A program made the translations under genes and the position numbers. A stretch of DNA of 64,000 nucleotides, taken from positions 4,944 to 68,943 of the forward strand of contig JAEXFV010000154.1 of the NCBI GenBank assembly GCA_023451115.1, read 5' to 3'. The notes beneath the pieces are model-generated. The model searched no databases, was not told the origin of the DNA, and saw nothing but the letters and a program-made list of their open reading frames with translations. Source of the DNA: Bacillota bacterium. Lineage in GTDB: Bacteria > Bacillota > Clostridia > Christensenellales > CAG-138. Below, piece by piece: positions 1-10,534 of this stretch. Each line of letters opens with the position of its first letter. The first letter of the stretch is position 1.

Positions 1-196
1 CGCTCCCGGGGCTTTGCACTTAAGCGGGGAAATCCTGGAAAAGACAGTGGCTGTGACTGCTGTTTGTGTATTGAGTATACGGGTGGAGGGCGGGAATGTC
101 AAAGCAGGTAAGAAAAATTTCCCAAAGGTTTTCTTTTACACTGTGTTCATGGTATCTCTAAGGGGTTTGTGCTATCCTAAAGAAAGCTTGAGGAAC

Positions 197-916
197 ATGT
201 CGGAAAATGAAGGAGAAGAAACAAAAGCCATGCGTAAATGGGGAAGGTGGATTCTATTAACGGGGCTGGGCGTTGTGGTAGCGTTGCTGCTGGTTAAGGC
301 GCTGTCATTGGCAGGGATATTTGGGCCGGCCCATCCAGCTGCGGCAATCCTGACAGAACAGGGCGTATTGATCGATCCCGGGCATGGCGGATTTGATGTG
401 GGAGCGATCGGCGTATCCGGGTCCGAGGAGGATAAGCTGAATCTGGAAATGGCGCAGGCTCTCAAGCAGGAGCTGGAAAGCAGGGGGATCCCGGCAGAAC
501 TTTTGCGGCCTACCCAGGAAGCCCTGGCACAAACCAAAGAGGCGGATATGGAAGCCCGCGCCCAGGCTATACGGGAGAGCACGGCGGCAGTGCTGATCAG
601 CCTCCACATGAACAGCTTTCCGCAAGACGCAAGCGTCCACGGCCCCCAGGTATTTTACCAGCAGGATTCCCACATCGGCCAGGATTTCGCCTCTGTCTTG
701 CAACCATACTTAAACGATGTTGCAAACGGTACGAGAAAGCCCGCCGCCCAACGGCTGATTGTGCTCAGCGCCGCGGAAGGGGTGCTCCCGGGGGTGCTGG
801 TGGAATGCGGTTTTCTTACCAATGCAGAAGAAGAGGAAAACTTGAAAAAACCCGGATACCGTAAGCGCTTTGCGGCGGCGCTGGCGGACGGAATTCAGGC
901 CTATTGCCAGGGATAA
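197..916 (+). CDS. cwlD: N-acetylmuramoyl-L-alanine amidase, CwlD-like (germination-specific type)
   Basis: Track ORF 14..916. Amidase_3 motifs IDPGHGGFDVGAIG, SLHMNSF and ECGFLTNAEEE, plus an N-terminal TM helix (WILLTGLGVVVALLLV). Start trimmed to ATG 197 (alternative ATG 230); the first ~60 codons of the track ORF look non-coding. Confidence 0.75.
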   Translation: MSENEGEETKAMRKWGRWILLTGLGVVVALLLVKALSLAGIFGPAHPAAAILTEQGVLIDPGHGGFDVGAIGVSGSEEDKLNLEMAQALKQELESRGIPAELLRPTQEALAQTKEADMEARAQAIRESTAAVLISLHMNSFPQDASVHGPQVFYQQDSHIGQDFASVLQPYLNDVANGTRKPAAQRLIVLSAAEGVLPGVLVECGFLTNAEEEENLKKPGYRKRFAAALADGIQAYCQG

Positions 917-1045
917 CATCCTGGTAATCTGTGAACAAACGAAAAACTTCTCACATAAGTTCCCCACAAGCGGCAGGATATTTGGTACAATAAAACAGTA
1001 TATCTTAGGCTTTTATGTCAACTTTTTAATAAAGGGGTAGAAACA

Positions 1046-3856
1046 ATGCACAAAAGGCTTTCTTTTCTGCTGGCGCTTGCGCTGCTGATGTCCCTCACGC
1101 TGGGTATTGGCGCACCGGCCCTAGCAGCCACTGATTATTCTAATGTGCGGGTGCGGCTTTCCGTAGGCAGTGTCAATTCCATGACCATTCCCGTAAGCGG
1201 CACTTACTTCATCCAGGAGAATGGCGTAACCTTTAAAAACGGCACGTTAACCGCTGAGGTTTCCGGCGGACAGATTGTATTGAGCCACTCTTCCGGCGGA
1301 GAACTTTATTCCGGCAGCAGCGTGAACATTATGCGCCAAAGCATAGAGCCTTCTGCGGGATACCTGCGCATTGCCACAAGCCATGGTACCAGGAGCTATT
1401 TGGGCCATCTCAACCTGCGGCGCACCAGCAGCGGCTATATCCAGGCGGTGAACACGGTGCCGCTGGCCCATTATCTTTACGGCGTGGTAGCTTATGAAAT
1501 GAATGATAATTTCCCCCTGGAGGCGCTGAAGGCCCAGGCGGTAGCTGCAAAATGCTATGTGCTGGCCAATATGAACCCCAGCAGCTATTATGACATTGGC
1601 GATACTGCCAGCGACCAGGTATACAAAGGCTATGTGTCCAGCTATAAAAATGTGATCAAAGCGGTGGACGCTACCTGGAATGTGGGATTGTATCTGGGCA
1701 GTTCCATCCTGTGCAGCTATTTTGCAGCCAGCAACGGCGGTTCCACGCTGCTCCCATCCGATGCCTGGAGCGGCAGCAACCGCTATCAGTGGGACAAGGC
1801 CTTCAAACGGGTAGAGGACCCTTATGATGTAAAAAACCCTCTGAGCGTGCAGGAAACCATATTTTTCCCTGAGGATGGGGATGATGGCGATATGTCCACA
1901 GCATTGGGAAATTACCTGCGGAACCGGGCCGCTATGGCATTGGCGAACGAAGGGGTTTCCTGTACGGTGTTGAGCATCGATGCTATCAATGAACTGGAAA
2001 TTGTCCAGATGGATTATTCCGACAGCGATAATATTGTTGCCTATATTGATATGGATGTACTGATCCGGGATGCGGATGGCGATAAATCGGAAGAAAATGT
2101 AGCATATAATTTTTATATCAACGAGCTCAAATGGAATGGCGTCACCACCAAAACCCAAAGCCTGCGTTTATACACAGTAGAGGAAAGCCGAAAAGGATTT
2201 GAGGTGTATCGGGGGCGCTATGGCCATGGCGTGGGATTATCCCAGCGCGGGGCGGAGCAAATGGCAAACGATGGCTGGGATTATGAAGAGATTTTAGAGT
2301 TCTACTATCCCGGTGCAAAGCTCAAGGACATGAAGCTCTCTAAGCCAACCGATCCGGTAAACAACAATGCCGGTTCCAGCAGCGCTGGCTCCAGCAATGC
2401 CGACTCCAATACGCAACCCCCAGCCAGCGGGGATATTACAGCAACCGCGGTGACCAAGAGCAGCGTGAATTTCAGAACGGGCCCCGGCACCAATTACACC
2501 AAATTGGGCTCCGTACCCGGCGGCACGAATTTAAATGTATATGGGGAGAGCAATGGATGGAGCCTGGTGGCCTATCAGGGGACGCAGGGTTACATTCGAA
2601 ACGACTATCTAACCATCACGCCGGTAAGCAGCGGCAGCAACAACAGTTCCGGCAACCAGGGCGGCTCCGGTAGCAGCGATGGATATGCCGTAGCGGCCTA
2701 TGGCGAGGTTACCTCCAATACCCTGAATTTCCGGGATAAGGCGGTAACCGGCAAGGTGCTCCAGCAATTGAAAAAAGGAGACCAGATAGACATTTATGCG
2801 TATGTAGAGGATTCTACGTGGTACTATTGCGCTGCAAAAGGGATGGAAGGGTATGTAAGCGCCCAATATATCAAGCTGACGGGAACGCCTTCCAACAGCT
2901 CTTCGGGCAGCGGCAGCCAATCCAATACCCAGCCTTCTGTTTCCAGCGGCATGGCGGCGGCAGGGTCTATTGGCGTAATCAACAATGAAACCGCTTATTG
3001 GCATAAAAATCCCGCCTTTGTGGCCAAAGATGTGATGGGGCGCTTCCCCAACGGTACAACCTTGACGCTGGAAGGGTACAGCGGCGAGTTCTATATCGTA
3101 ACGGTAAATGGTATCACCGGTTATGTTTATCAGGATGATCTGACCATTACCAGTTATGCAGGAGAAGCAGCCGGCTCGTCTCCATCCAATACCGCTGGCG
3201 CCAGCCAAAGTGTGATGGGCTATGGGCAAACCACCGCCAATGTCAACTTCCGGAAAGGCCCAGGAACCAATTATGACTCTATAGGGAAACTGGCCAAAGG
3301 CACCAAGCTGACCCTGTATGCCAAGGAAAGCAATGGGTGGTATCATGTGCAGGCGGATGGCAAAGAGGGTTATGTGAGCGGCGCTTATGTCAAAGTAACC
3401 CAACAGGGCAGTACCAGTAGTTCCAGCCAGCCCGGCTCCGCCGCTTCCTCCGGCAGCAGCGCTACGCTGAAAACCGGCCAAGTGGTAAACGAATGGGTGC
3501 GCTTGCGTTCATCTGCCAGTTACAGCACACAGGATAATATCATTGGCGATTATGATGTAGGCACCCAACTGACCATTTTGGGCGCCAGCGGAAGCTGGTA
3601 TCAGGTGCAGACCCCGGATGGAAAAACGGGATACATGCACAGCGATTATGTGAAGATCACCGGCACCATTTCAACCCGCGCCGGCAAAACCACAGCCCGG
3701 GTGAATTTCCGCAAACAAGCCAGCGAGAGCGCCGGCATCATCCAAACCCTTGCAAAAGGTACGGCCGTTACCATACTGGGAGAAAGCGGAGAATGGTATC
3801 AAATTCAGGTGGGTTCTAACATCGGCTATGCGGTAAAACGCTACATCAGCGGCTAA
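1046..3856 (+). CDS. Secreted SpoIID/LytB-domain protein with six C-terminal SH3b repeats
   Basis: Signal peptide (LALALLMSLTLGIGAPALA). SpoIID-type motifs (AQAVAAKCYVL, DQVYKGY, YFAASNGGST, GHGVGLSQRGA). Six repeats of the VNFRxGPGTxY...GW..V...G..GY..xxY type separated by Ser/Gly-rich linkers. RBS AAAGGGG upstream. Confidence 0.85.
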   Translation: MHKRLSFLLALALLMSLTLGIGAPALAATDYSNVRVRLSVGSVNSMTIPVSGTYFIQENGVTFKNGTLTAEVSGGQIVLSHSSGGELYSGSSVNIMRQSIEPSAGYLRIATSHGTRSYLGHLNLRRTSSGYIQAVNTVPLAHYLYGVVAYEMNDNFPLEALKAQAVAAKCYVLANMNPSSYYDIGDTASDQVYKGYVSSYKNVIKAVDATWNVGLYLGSSILCSYFAASNGGSTLLPSDAWSGSNRYQWDKAFKRVEDPYDVKNPLSVQETIFFPEDGDDGDMSTALGNYLRNRAAMALANEGVSCTVLSIDAINELEIVQMDYSDSDNIVAYIDMDVLIRDADGDKSEENVAYNFYINELKWNGVTTKTQSLRLYTVEESRKGFEVYRGRYGHGVGLSQRGAEQMANDGWDYEEILEFYYPGAKLKDMKLSKPTDPVNNNAGSSSAGSSNADSNTQPPASGDITATAVTKSSVNFRTGPGTNYTKLGSVPGGTNLNVYGESNGWSLVAYQGTQGYIRNDYLTITPVSSGSNNSSGNQGGSGSSDGYAVAAYGEVTSNTLNFRDKAVTGKVLQQLKKGDQIDIYAYVEDSTWYYCAAKGMEGYVSAQYIKLTGTPSNSSSGSGSQSNTQPSVSSGMAAAGSIGVINNETAYWHKNPAFVAKDVMGRFPNGTTLTLEGYSGEFYIVTVNGITGYVYQDDLTITSYAGEAAGSSPSNTAGASQSVMGYGQTTANVNFRKGPGTNYDSIGKLAKGTKLTLYAKESNGWYHVQADGKEGYVSGAYVKVTQQGSTSSSSQPGSAASSGSSATLKTGQVVNEWVRLRSSASYSTQDNIIGDYDVGTQLTILGASGSWYQVQTPDGKTGYMHSDYVKITGTISTRAGKTTARVNFRKQASESAGIIQTLAKGTAVTILGESGEWYQIQVGSNIGYAVKRYISG

Positions 3857-3883
3857 ACTGCTGAGAAGCAAAAGGATAAAGAA

Positions 3884-3908
3884 AAGGCCTGGCATCTGCC
3901 GGGCCTTT
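3884..3908. terminator. Hairpin between convergent genes (bidirectional terminator candidate)
   Basis: AAGGCCTGGCA/TGCCGGGCCTT stem with one G-U pair. The T-rich run is better on the minus strand (CTTTTCTTTAT), which serves trkH. Confidence 0.5.
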
Positions 3909-4029
3909 CGCTCTTTCCCTAATTTCTAAGGCTTGCAGGACTCCGCTATAGCGTAACGCAGCTTGTGCTTTAGGCGCATTAACATCAGGAGTTTTTGAAT
4001 TACCTCAGACGCATGCAACATGGATTTGG

Positions 4030-5484
4030 TTATCCACGCTTCCACACCGAAGGGGCAAACAGCAGAACCATGGGGAATATCTCCAGACGGCCGATGAGCA
4101 TATTGCCGGATAACACCAATTTTGAGAACCAGGAAAAATCGGAGAAATTTCCAACAGGCCCTACCATCTCTAAGCCGGGCCCCACGTTATTGATGCAGGC
4201 CAACACTGCGGTAACGGTGCTGGTGAAGTCAAAATTATCCAGGGACACCAGCAGGATTGAAACAATGCAGATTAAGCAGTAGGCTACCAGGAACATATTC
4301 ACGCCACGGGTTACCGAAGCGTCCACCACCTTTCCATCCATGCGGATTACCTTGATGGAACGGGGGTGCAGCAGCTTCTGAATTTCATTTTTCAAGGATT
4401 TCCATAAAATCAGCATGCGGGAAACCTTCATGCCGCCGCCGGTAGAACCGGCGCAGGCGCCTACAATCATTAGCACCACCAACAGCGTGCGGGAAAGCTC
4501 TGGCCATTGGTTAAAATCTGCGGTGGCAAAACCGGTAGTGGTGATGATGGAGGAAACCTGGAAGAAGGCATGGTGGAGGCTTTGCCAGATACCCGAATAT
4601 TGAGGGAGAATGTTAAGGGCGATTACAACGGTAGAGGCCAGCACGATCACCAGATACGCCCGCAATTCCTCATTGCGCCAGGCCTGCTTGAACTCTTTCA
4701 CCAGCAGCAGGTAATAAATGCTGAAATTAACCCCAAAGAGCACCATAAATACTGCAATTACCCCTTGGAGGTAGTAGCTGTTATAAGCGGCAATGCTGGC
4801 GTTTTTGATGGCGAATCCGCCGGTGCCTGCGGTGCCGAAGGCGTTGACAATGCTGTCAAACAAAGGCATACCCCCGCAAAGCAGCAACACGATTTCCAAT
4901 AAAGTGAGGCCGATGTAAATCCCATACAGTATGCGGGCGCTGCTGCGCATGGTGGGCACCAGCTTGCCTACCTGGGGCCCAGGGCTTTCAGCGCGCAAGA
5001 GGTGGAAGGAGTCGCCGCTGCCCTTGCTTTGCGGCACCACAGCCAGCATGAACACCAGGATACCCATACCACCCAGCCAGTGGGTAAAGCTGCGCCAATA
5101 CAGCAACCCCATGGGCATCCGTTCAATGTCGGTTAAAATGGTAGATCCAGTTGTGGTAAACCCGGATACCGTTTCAAAAAAAGCATCGATAAAATTGGGG
5201 ATTGCGCCGCTGATCCAAAATGGCAAAGCGCCAAAGAAGGAAATGACGATCCACGCCAACGCCACCGTGACAAACCCTTCTCGGGCATGGATACCTTTTT
5301 CTGCACCCTTTTTGAAGAATAGCAGCAAATGGCCGCAGATTAGCAACGCAGCCACGGTGATGAGTAAGGCATGCACGGAGGCAATTTCCTGGTTTACCAG
5401 AGAGATCAATAAGGCCGGAATCATGAAAATGCTTTCCAGCCTGAGAATGTGCCCAATAAAATAGCAGATTGCCCGTTTGTTCAT
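4030..5484 (-). CDS. trkH: TrkH/KtrB-family potassium uptake membrane subunit
   Basis: 484 aa, polytopic. Repeated selectivity-filter-like motifs (TTTGSTIL, TTTGFATAD, GSTGGGMKVSR). Sits directly downstream of trkA with a 2-nt gap. Confidence 0.9.
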   Translation of the reverse strand: MNKRAICYFIGHILRLESIFMIPALLISLVNQEIASVHALLITVAALLICGHLLLFFKKGAEKGIHAREGFVTVALAWIVISFFGALPFWISGAIPNFIDAFFETVSGFTTTGSTILTDIERMPMGLLYWRSFTHWLGGMGILVFMLAVVPQSKGSGDSFHLLRAESPGPQVGKLVPTMRSSARILYGIYIGLTLLEIVLLLCGGMPLFDSIVNAFGTAGTGGFAIKNASIAAYNSYYLQGVIAVFMVLFGVNFSIYYLLLVKEFKQAWRNEELRAYLVIVLASTVVIALNILPQYSGIWQSLHHAFFQVSSIITTTGFATADFNQWPELSRTLLVVLMIVGACAGSTGGGMKVSRMLILWKSLKNEIQKLLHPRSIKVIRMDGKVVDASVTRGVNMFLVAYCLICIVSILLVSLDNFDFTSTVTAVLACINNVGPGLEMVGPVGNFSDFSWFSKLVLSGNMLIGRLEIFPMVLLFAPSVWKRG

Positions 5485-5486
5485 AA

Positions 5487-6872
5487 CTAGCTGTCCTTCC
5501 CCGGCCCGGGTTCATCAGCAAAAATGTTGTTGAGGCTGCTAATCGCGCGGTCGGCCGTGGTAACAATCACAGCCGTATCCCCTTCCAGCAGGCAATCGCT
5601 GCCACGGGGAAGAATGATTTTGCCATTGCGGTTGATGCAGGCGATGAGAATGTTTTCCCGCAGGTTTAGCTCGTACAACGGCTTGCCCAAGTACTTGACT
5701 GCCTTGGTCACCTTAAACTCCAGCGCTTCCGCTTTGCCATCCACAATCCGGTATAAAGTGAGCATGGAACCGCCGGAGGTGTTGTCCATCGCCCGCACAT
5801 AACGCAAAATCTCGTTTACGGTTAGCAGTTTGGGGCTAACGATAGTGTCCACCCCTTTGTTTTGGAACATAGCCGCATATTCCGTGCGGTTGATTTTGGT
5901 AATGCACTTAGGCACGCCCATATGGTCGGCATACATGGAAATAATCAGGTTTTCCTCGTCAATGCCGGTGAGGGTAACCAAAGCGTCGGTCTGCTCAATG
6001 CCTTCCGCCAACAGCAGGTCGTGCAGGGTCCCATCCCCGTGGATGATCAAAGCCCCCGGCAACATATCGGAAAGCACCTCGCAGCGCGCCAGTTTTTCTT
6101 CAATAATCTTTACATTCACCCGGCTGTCCAGCAGGGACTGCGCCAAATAAGCGGCAATTCGGCTGCCGCCAATGAGCATTATGCTGTGCACCCGCTGCTT
6201 ATCAATGCCCAGGTCTTTTACCAGCACGCCCAAATCCCGGGAAGCTGCCGTAACCGTGATTTTATCGCCTTGCTGGAGCTGGAACTGCCCGGTGGGGATG
6301 GTGACCACGCCTTCCCGCTCTACCGTACACACAAGGGCCTTTACATGGCTTACTTCAGATAGCTGATCCAGCCGTAGCCTGCACAAGGGGCTGCCCTGCT
6401 TGATTTTCAGTTCCACCAACTCCGCACGGCCTTTGGCGAAAGAATCCCGCTTCAGGAAAGAAGGCAGCTGCAACAACCGCAAAATTTCCCGCGCTGCGGC
6501 TTTTTCTGGATTGATGGTAAGGGAAAGCCCCAGCTCTTCTTTGAGAAACTGGAGCTGTTGTTCATATTCCGGGTTGCGTACCCGGGCGATGGTATGCTTG
6601 CAACCAAGCTTGCGGGCCAATACACAGCATAACAAGTTCACTTCGTCCCCGGATGTGGCTGCAATGAGCAGATCCGAATTGCCCACGTCCGCTGCGCGCT
6701 GGGTTTCCAGCGTGGCCCCGTTGCCGTTGACCACCATTACATCCAGCGCCTCTTGGGATTCCTGTAACACCTGCAGGTTGTTATCTATTACAACCATGTC
6801 ATGGCCTTCGTGGGAAAGCTGCTGCGCCAGAGTATAGCCTACCTTACCGTCGCCTACGATTACGATTTTCAT
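5487..6872 (-). CDS. trkA: Trk system potassium uptake protein TrkA (two RCK/NAD-binding modules)
   Basis: MKIVIVGDGKVGYTLAQQL Rossmann start and a second GGSRIAAYLAQ module. 461 aa, typical for TrkA. Confidence 0.9.
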   Translation of the reverse strand: MKIVIVGDGKVGYTLAQQLSHEGHDMVVIDNNLQVLQESQEALDVMVVNGNGATLETQRAADVGNSDLLIAATSGDEVNLLCCVLARKLGCKHTIARVRNPEYEQQLQFLKEELGLSLTINPEKAAAREILRLLQLPSFLKRDSFAKGRAELVELKIKQGSPLCRLRLDQLSEVSHVKALVCTVEREGVVTIPTGQFQLQQGDKITVTAASRDLGVLVKDLGIDKQRVHSIMLIGGSRIAAYLAQSLLDSRVNVKIIEEKLARCEVLSDMLPGALIIHGDGTLHDLLLAEGIEQTDALVTLTGIDEENLIISMYADHMGVPKCITKINRTEYAAMFQNKGVDTIVSPKLLTVNEILRYVRAMDNTSGGSMLTLYRIVDGKAEALEFKVTKAVKYLGKPLYELNLRENILIACINRNGKIILPRGSDCLLEGDTAVIVTTADRAISSLNNIFADEPGPGKDS

Positions 6873-7138
6873 AATAAGCCTTTCACTTCCTGGAACAATA
6901 AAAATTCCAGGATTCCAATAAGGTCCCGGGCCAACCCCGATGAGGTCGGCCGCATATCGGAGAATATTCCATTATTATAATGCTAGTATAAATTGCAACA
7001 TAAGGCAAGTGAAAAAGTTGTTTGTATGATAAAGGAAAAAACAGGCTTACAAAAATGCTGGGATATTTTTACAAAGGCTGGCCGATTGTGGTATGCTAGA
7101 AACAGCCAGTCTGTTATTCAAAATCGCTGTACGGGGGT

Positions 7139-7560
7139 ATGGAATATGAAACGTACAAAAGGGGGCTCAACACCAAAATACATTTGGCCGTGGATGCGAA
7201 TGGAATGCCAGTCAGAGTTCTTGTTACGGCGGGTACCAGAGCTGATTGTAAAGAAGCGATTGCCCTGATAGATAGGATTTGTGCAGAGTATTTGCTGGCC
7301 GACCGGGGATCCGATACCAATGCGATCATGGAATATGCATTGAGAAAAGGGATCCTGCCGGTGATTCCTCCAAAAAGAACCGTGTAGTGCAACGGGAATA
7401 TGATTCTTACCTGTACAAACTGCGTCACTTGGTGGAAAACACGTTTCTCCATCTCAAACGCTGGCGTGGTATTGCTACCAGGTACGCCAAAACCACTGCT
7501 TCCTTTGTTGCCGCTATCCAGATACGCTGCATCGTTTTGTGGTCCACTATTTTAGCCTGA
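7139..7560 (+). pseudogene. IS5-family (DDE_Tnp_1) transposase remnant, 5'-truncated and frameshifted
   Basis: Two overlapping track ORFs (7139..7387 in frame 2, 7279..7560 in frame 1). Together they read ...GLNTKIHLAVDANGMPVRVLVTAGTRADCKEA...LADRGSDTN...IPPKRT / REYDSYLYKLRHLVENTFLHLKRWRGIATRYAKT. The frame change is at the A-rich run near 7375-7387. No N-terminal half is present. Confidence 0.75.
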
Positions 7561-7672
7561 TTCGTGTCAACACTATCTAAATTTAGCGTAATTAATAAAA
7601 ATACAATTGAAGTATTTTGCTATAAAAACGGCCGCAGCTACACCCTTTACCGCCAATAACAGTGAAGATAAA

Positions 7673-7700
7673 ACATGGCATGCCGTTTGGCATGCCATGT
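7673..7700 (-). terminator. Intrinsic terminator of the DUF1292 gene
   Basis: Perfect 12-bp stem ACATGGCATGCC/GGCATGCCATGT with a 4-nt loop, followed on the minus strand by TTTTATCTT. Confidence 0.65.
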
Positions 7701-7715
7701 CTGCGTTTGAAAGGA

Positions 7716-8045
7716 TTACTCTTCGTCCTCGTCTTCAATTTCCAGCTCGCTGCCCAGGCGCTCTTCGGCGATTGCCGCCAAAGTGTCCATAAGCTCTTCG
7801 TCTGCCGGGAGGAATTCCTCCATATCCCCGTTAACCACTACCTTCATGATATACACGTCCTGCTCGCCGCAAGTGCATGCATCGTCATCACATTCGCACT
7901 CCTCGGGGAGTTCGGAAAGATCCATCAATACTGCATATTCCTGGCCATCGTGCTCAAAATAGTCGATCACATCCAGCTCGAATTCGTTGCCATCATCGTC
8001 CGAAAATACGACGAAATCCCGTTCTTCTTCCATGGTTTGCACCAC
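7716..8045 (-). CDS. DUF1292 (UPF0473)-family acidic small protein
   Basis: FSDDDGNEFELDVIDYFEHDGQEYAVL core typical of DUF1292, with a very acidic C-terminus. Confidence 0.8.
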   Translation of the reverse strand: MVQTMEEERDFVVFSDDDGNEFELDVIDYFEHDGQEYAVLMDLSELPEECECDDDACTCGEQDVYIMKVVVNGDMEEFLPADEELMDTLAAIAEERLGSELEIEDEDEE

Positions 8046-8205
8046 CTCTCAAAGTTTGGTCTTATTGTATCTTATTGCGTTAGGGTTTGCAAGCAATAGT
8101 ATGCCCCGGAAACATTCTTTTCAAAAGTAACTTTCCCTAATTGAGAGAAATTCAAAAGGCTGCAAAAATATTTTTTTATAACCTAAAAATTATTTTGAAA
8201 ACCTA

Positions 8206-8234
8206 TTGGAATATCGAACGAATTATGATATAGT
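8206..8234 (+). promoter_or_regulatory. Sigma-A-type promoter candidate for the YheO-like regulator operon
   Basis: TTGGAA (8206-8211), 17-nt spacer, then TATAGT (8229-8234) preceded by TGa (extended -10). About 130 nt of leader lies before the ORF start at 8367. Confidence 0.45.
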
Positions 8235-8366
8235 AAAAACAGGCAAACCCATGGTATTCTGCTGAAAAACGGAATGGTACCATTGCCGGTTTCATTGCAG
8301 GTGAAAAGAAGATTTCATTTAGGATATCCAGGTGTCATCAACGCCTGAAGTAAGGAGGAACAGCCT

Positions 8367-8981
8367 GTGATGCTGGACTTTTACCGCCGGCTTGCAGCCG
8401 CGCTGGCACGCCAGTTTGGAGAAAACTGTGAGGTTGTTGTGCATGACCTGACACGGGCTGACAGCACAATTGTAGCCATTGAAAACGGCCATGTTACCAA
8501 CCGGAAGATCGGTGACGGGCCTTCCCATGTGGTGCTGGAGGCGCTGAAGAAGCCTCCGGAAGAGCTGCATGACCAGTTGGGGTATTTGGCACAAACGCAT
8601 GATGGCCGTATTGTAAAATCCAGCACAGTATATATCCGGGATAACGATGGGGCTGTAACGGGCATTCTTTCGATCAACTACGATATTACCGGCTTGGTGA
8701 TGGCGGAAACCGCGATTAAGTCGTTACTCAACCATACGGAAGAGCCAAAGCCGGAACGCATTCCCCAAAATGTGAATGACCTGCTGGACGATTTGATCGA
8801 CCAGAGCGTAGCCTTGGTAGGCAAACCCATTGCGTTGATGAGCAAAGAGGATAAGATACAGGCTATTCAATTCCTCAGCAATGCAGGCGCTTTCCTGATC
8901 ACAAAAAGCGGGGATAAGGTGGCCAAGCATTTTGGGATTTCCAAATATACGCTGTATTCCTATATCGATGCAAAAGGATAA
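8367..8981 (+). CDS. YheO-like PAS domain / HTH transcriptional regulator
   Basis: N-terminal FGENCEVVVHDL...ENGHVTNRKIGD (YheO-like sensor) and C-terminal SKEDKIQAIQFL..GAFLIT..GDKVAKHFGISKYTLYSYI (HTH). Confidence 0.8.
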   Translation: MMLDFYRRLAAALARQFGENCEVVVHDLTRADSTIVAIENGHVTNRKIGDGPSHVVLEALKKPPEELHDQLGYLAQTHDGRIVKSSTVYIRDNDGAVTGILSINYDITGLVMAETAIKSLLNHTEEPKPERIPQNVNDLLDDLIDQSVALVGKPIALMSKEDKIQAIQFLSNAGAFLITKSGDKVAKHFGISKYTLYSYIDAKG

Positions 8982-9147
8982 CCTTTTCCCAAGTAATCAT
9001 TGGATTTTTGGGATTTCTAAGAGGTATGCCAAAAAGAGGTTGCTTTGCTCATAGTTCCATCGGGACATCAAATAGAAGCCCCTGAAAACGCTAACATACA
9101 AACAATCGCATCCATTCAAATCAGCAATTATTAGAGGAGGAGCTATT

Positions 9148-10464
9148 ATGAATTTCGCTGCTGTAAAATCTGCTTCTGAGAACTATTTACCCCAAATGAC
9201 CAAATTTTTACGGGAATTGGTTGCCATTCCTGGGGAAAGCGCGGGGGAGGAAGGACATGTGCGCCGTATCCAGGCAGAAATGGAAGCGGTGGGGTTTGAT
9301 AAAGTGGAGATCGATCCCCAGGGCAACATCCTGGGCTGGATGGGCAGTGGCAAGACCCTGATTGCGTTTGATGCCCATATCGACACCGTTGGCATTGGCA
9401 ACCGGGATAACTGGCAGTTTGACCCTTACCAGGGCTTTGAAACGGAAACAGAGATCGGCGGCCGGGGCACATCGGACCAGTTGGGCGGCATCGTATCCTC
9501 CGTTTATGGCGCCAAGATCATGAAGGACCTGGGGCTGCTCAACGAGCAATACCAGGTGCTGGTGGTAGGCTCTGTGCAGGAAGAGGATTGCGATGGTTTG
9601 TGCTGGCAGTACATCATCAACGAGGACAAGGTGCGCCCGGCATTTGTAGTGTCTACCGAGCCTACGGACGGTGGTATTTACCGTGGCCAGCGCGGCCGCA
9701 TGGAGATCCGGGTGGATGTGAAAGGCGTCTCCTGCCATGGCAGCGCGCCTGAGCGCGGGGATAACGCCATTTATAAAATGGCGGATATTTTGCAGGACAT
9801 CCGCGCCCTCAATGAAAACGATGCAGAGCAAGGCACGCAGATCAAGGGCCTGGTTAAAATGCTGGAACAGTCCTTTAACCCGGATTGGAAAGAGGCACGG
9901 TTCCTGGGCAAAGGCACCATTACGGTTTCGGAAATCTTTTTTACCAGCCCCAGCCGCTGCGCCGTGGCAGATTCCTGTGCCGTCAGCCTGGACCGCCGCA
10001 TGACTGCCGGGGAAACCTGGGAGAGCTGCTTGGAAGAAATCCGCAATTTACCCGCAGTGAAGCGGTATGCAGAGGACGTAAAGGTGAGCATGTATCAGTA
10101 TGACCGTCCTTCCTGGACGAACTGCGTATATCCCATCGAATGCTATTTCCCCACCTGGGTAATCCCGGAAGACCATAAGGTCACAAAAGCGCTGGAGGCA
10201 GCCTACAAAGGCCTGTTTGGAGAAACCCGCATTGGCCACCCGGATACGCTGGAAATGCGGCAGGCACGCCCGCTGACGGATAAATGGACCTTCTCTACCA
10301 ATGGCGTCACCATTATGGGCCGCAACGGAATCCCCTGCATTGGCTTTGGCCCTGGCGCGGAGGCACAGGCCCATGCACCCAATGAAAAAACATGGAAACA
10401 GGATTTGGTTACCTGCGCGGCAGTTTATGCAGCCCTGCCCCAGATGTATGTAGAGCAGGCGTAA
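9148..10464 (+). CDS. ygeY: YgeY-family M20 peptidase-type hydrolase (selenium-metabolism-associated)
   Basis: 438 aa. M20 motifs ([28 protein letters not shown]) and strong resemblance over the full length to YgeY. RBS AGAGGAGGAG. Confidence 0.85.
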   Translation: MNFAAVKSASENYLPQMTKFLRELVAIPGESAGEEGHVRRIQAEMEAVGFDKVEIDPQGNILGWMGSGKTLIAFDAHIDTVGIGNRDNWQFDPYQGFETETEIGGRGTSDQLGGIVSSVYGAKIMKDLGLLNEQYQVLVVGSVQEEDCDGLCWQYIINEDKVRPAFVVSTEPTDGGIYRGQRGRMEIRVDVKGVSCHGSAPERGDNAIYKMADILQDIRALNENDAEQGTQIKGLVKMLEQSFNPDWKEARFLGKGTITVSEIFFTSPSRCAVADSCAVSLDRRMTAGETWESCLEEIRNLPAVKRYAEDVKVSMYQYDRPSWTNCVYPIECYFPTWVIPEDHKVTKALEAAYKGLFGETRIGHPDTLEMRQARPLTDKWTFSTNGVTIMGRNGIPCIGFGPGAEAQAHAPNEKTWKQDLVTCAAVYAALPQMYVEQA

Positions 10465-10534
10465 CGTTTGGATGATATAGGGGATAGCGCCCCAATATAA
10501 TTTATCAGTTTTATCATAATATGGAGGAATGTGC

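Noticed and set aside
6873-7000. Possible c-di-AMP (ydaO-type) riboswitch in the trkA leader, prompted by the K+ transporter context and a DarA gene elsewhere in the window
   Set aside because: The leader is only about 100 nt. Apart from short strings (CGGGGT, GAATCC) and one 7-bp hairpin (CCTGGAA/TTCCAGG), it does not show the long pseudo-symmetric ydaO consensus as I remember it. An Infernal/Rfam scan would settle this.
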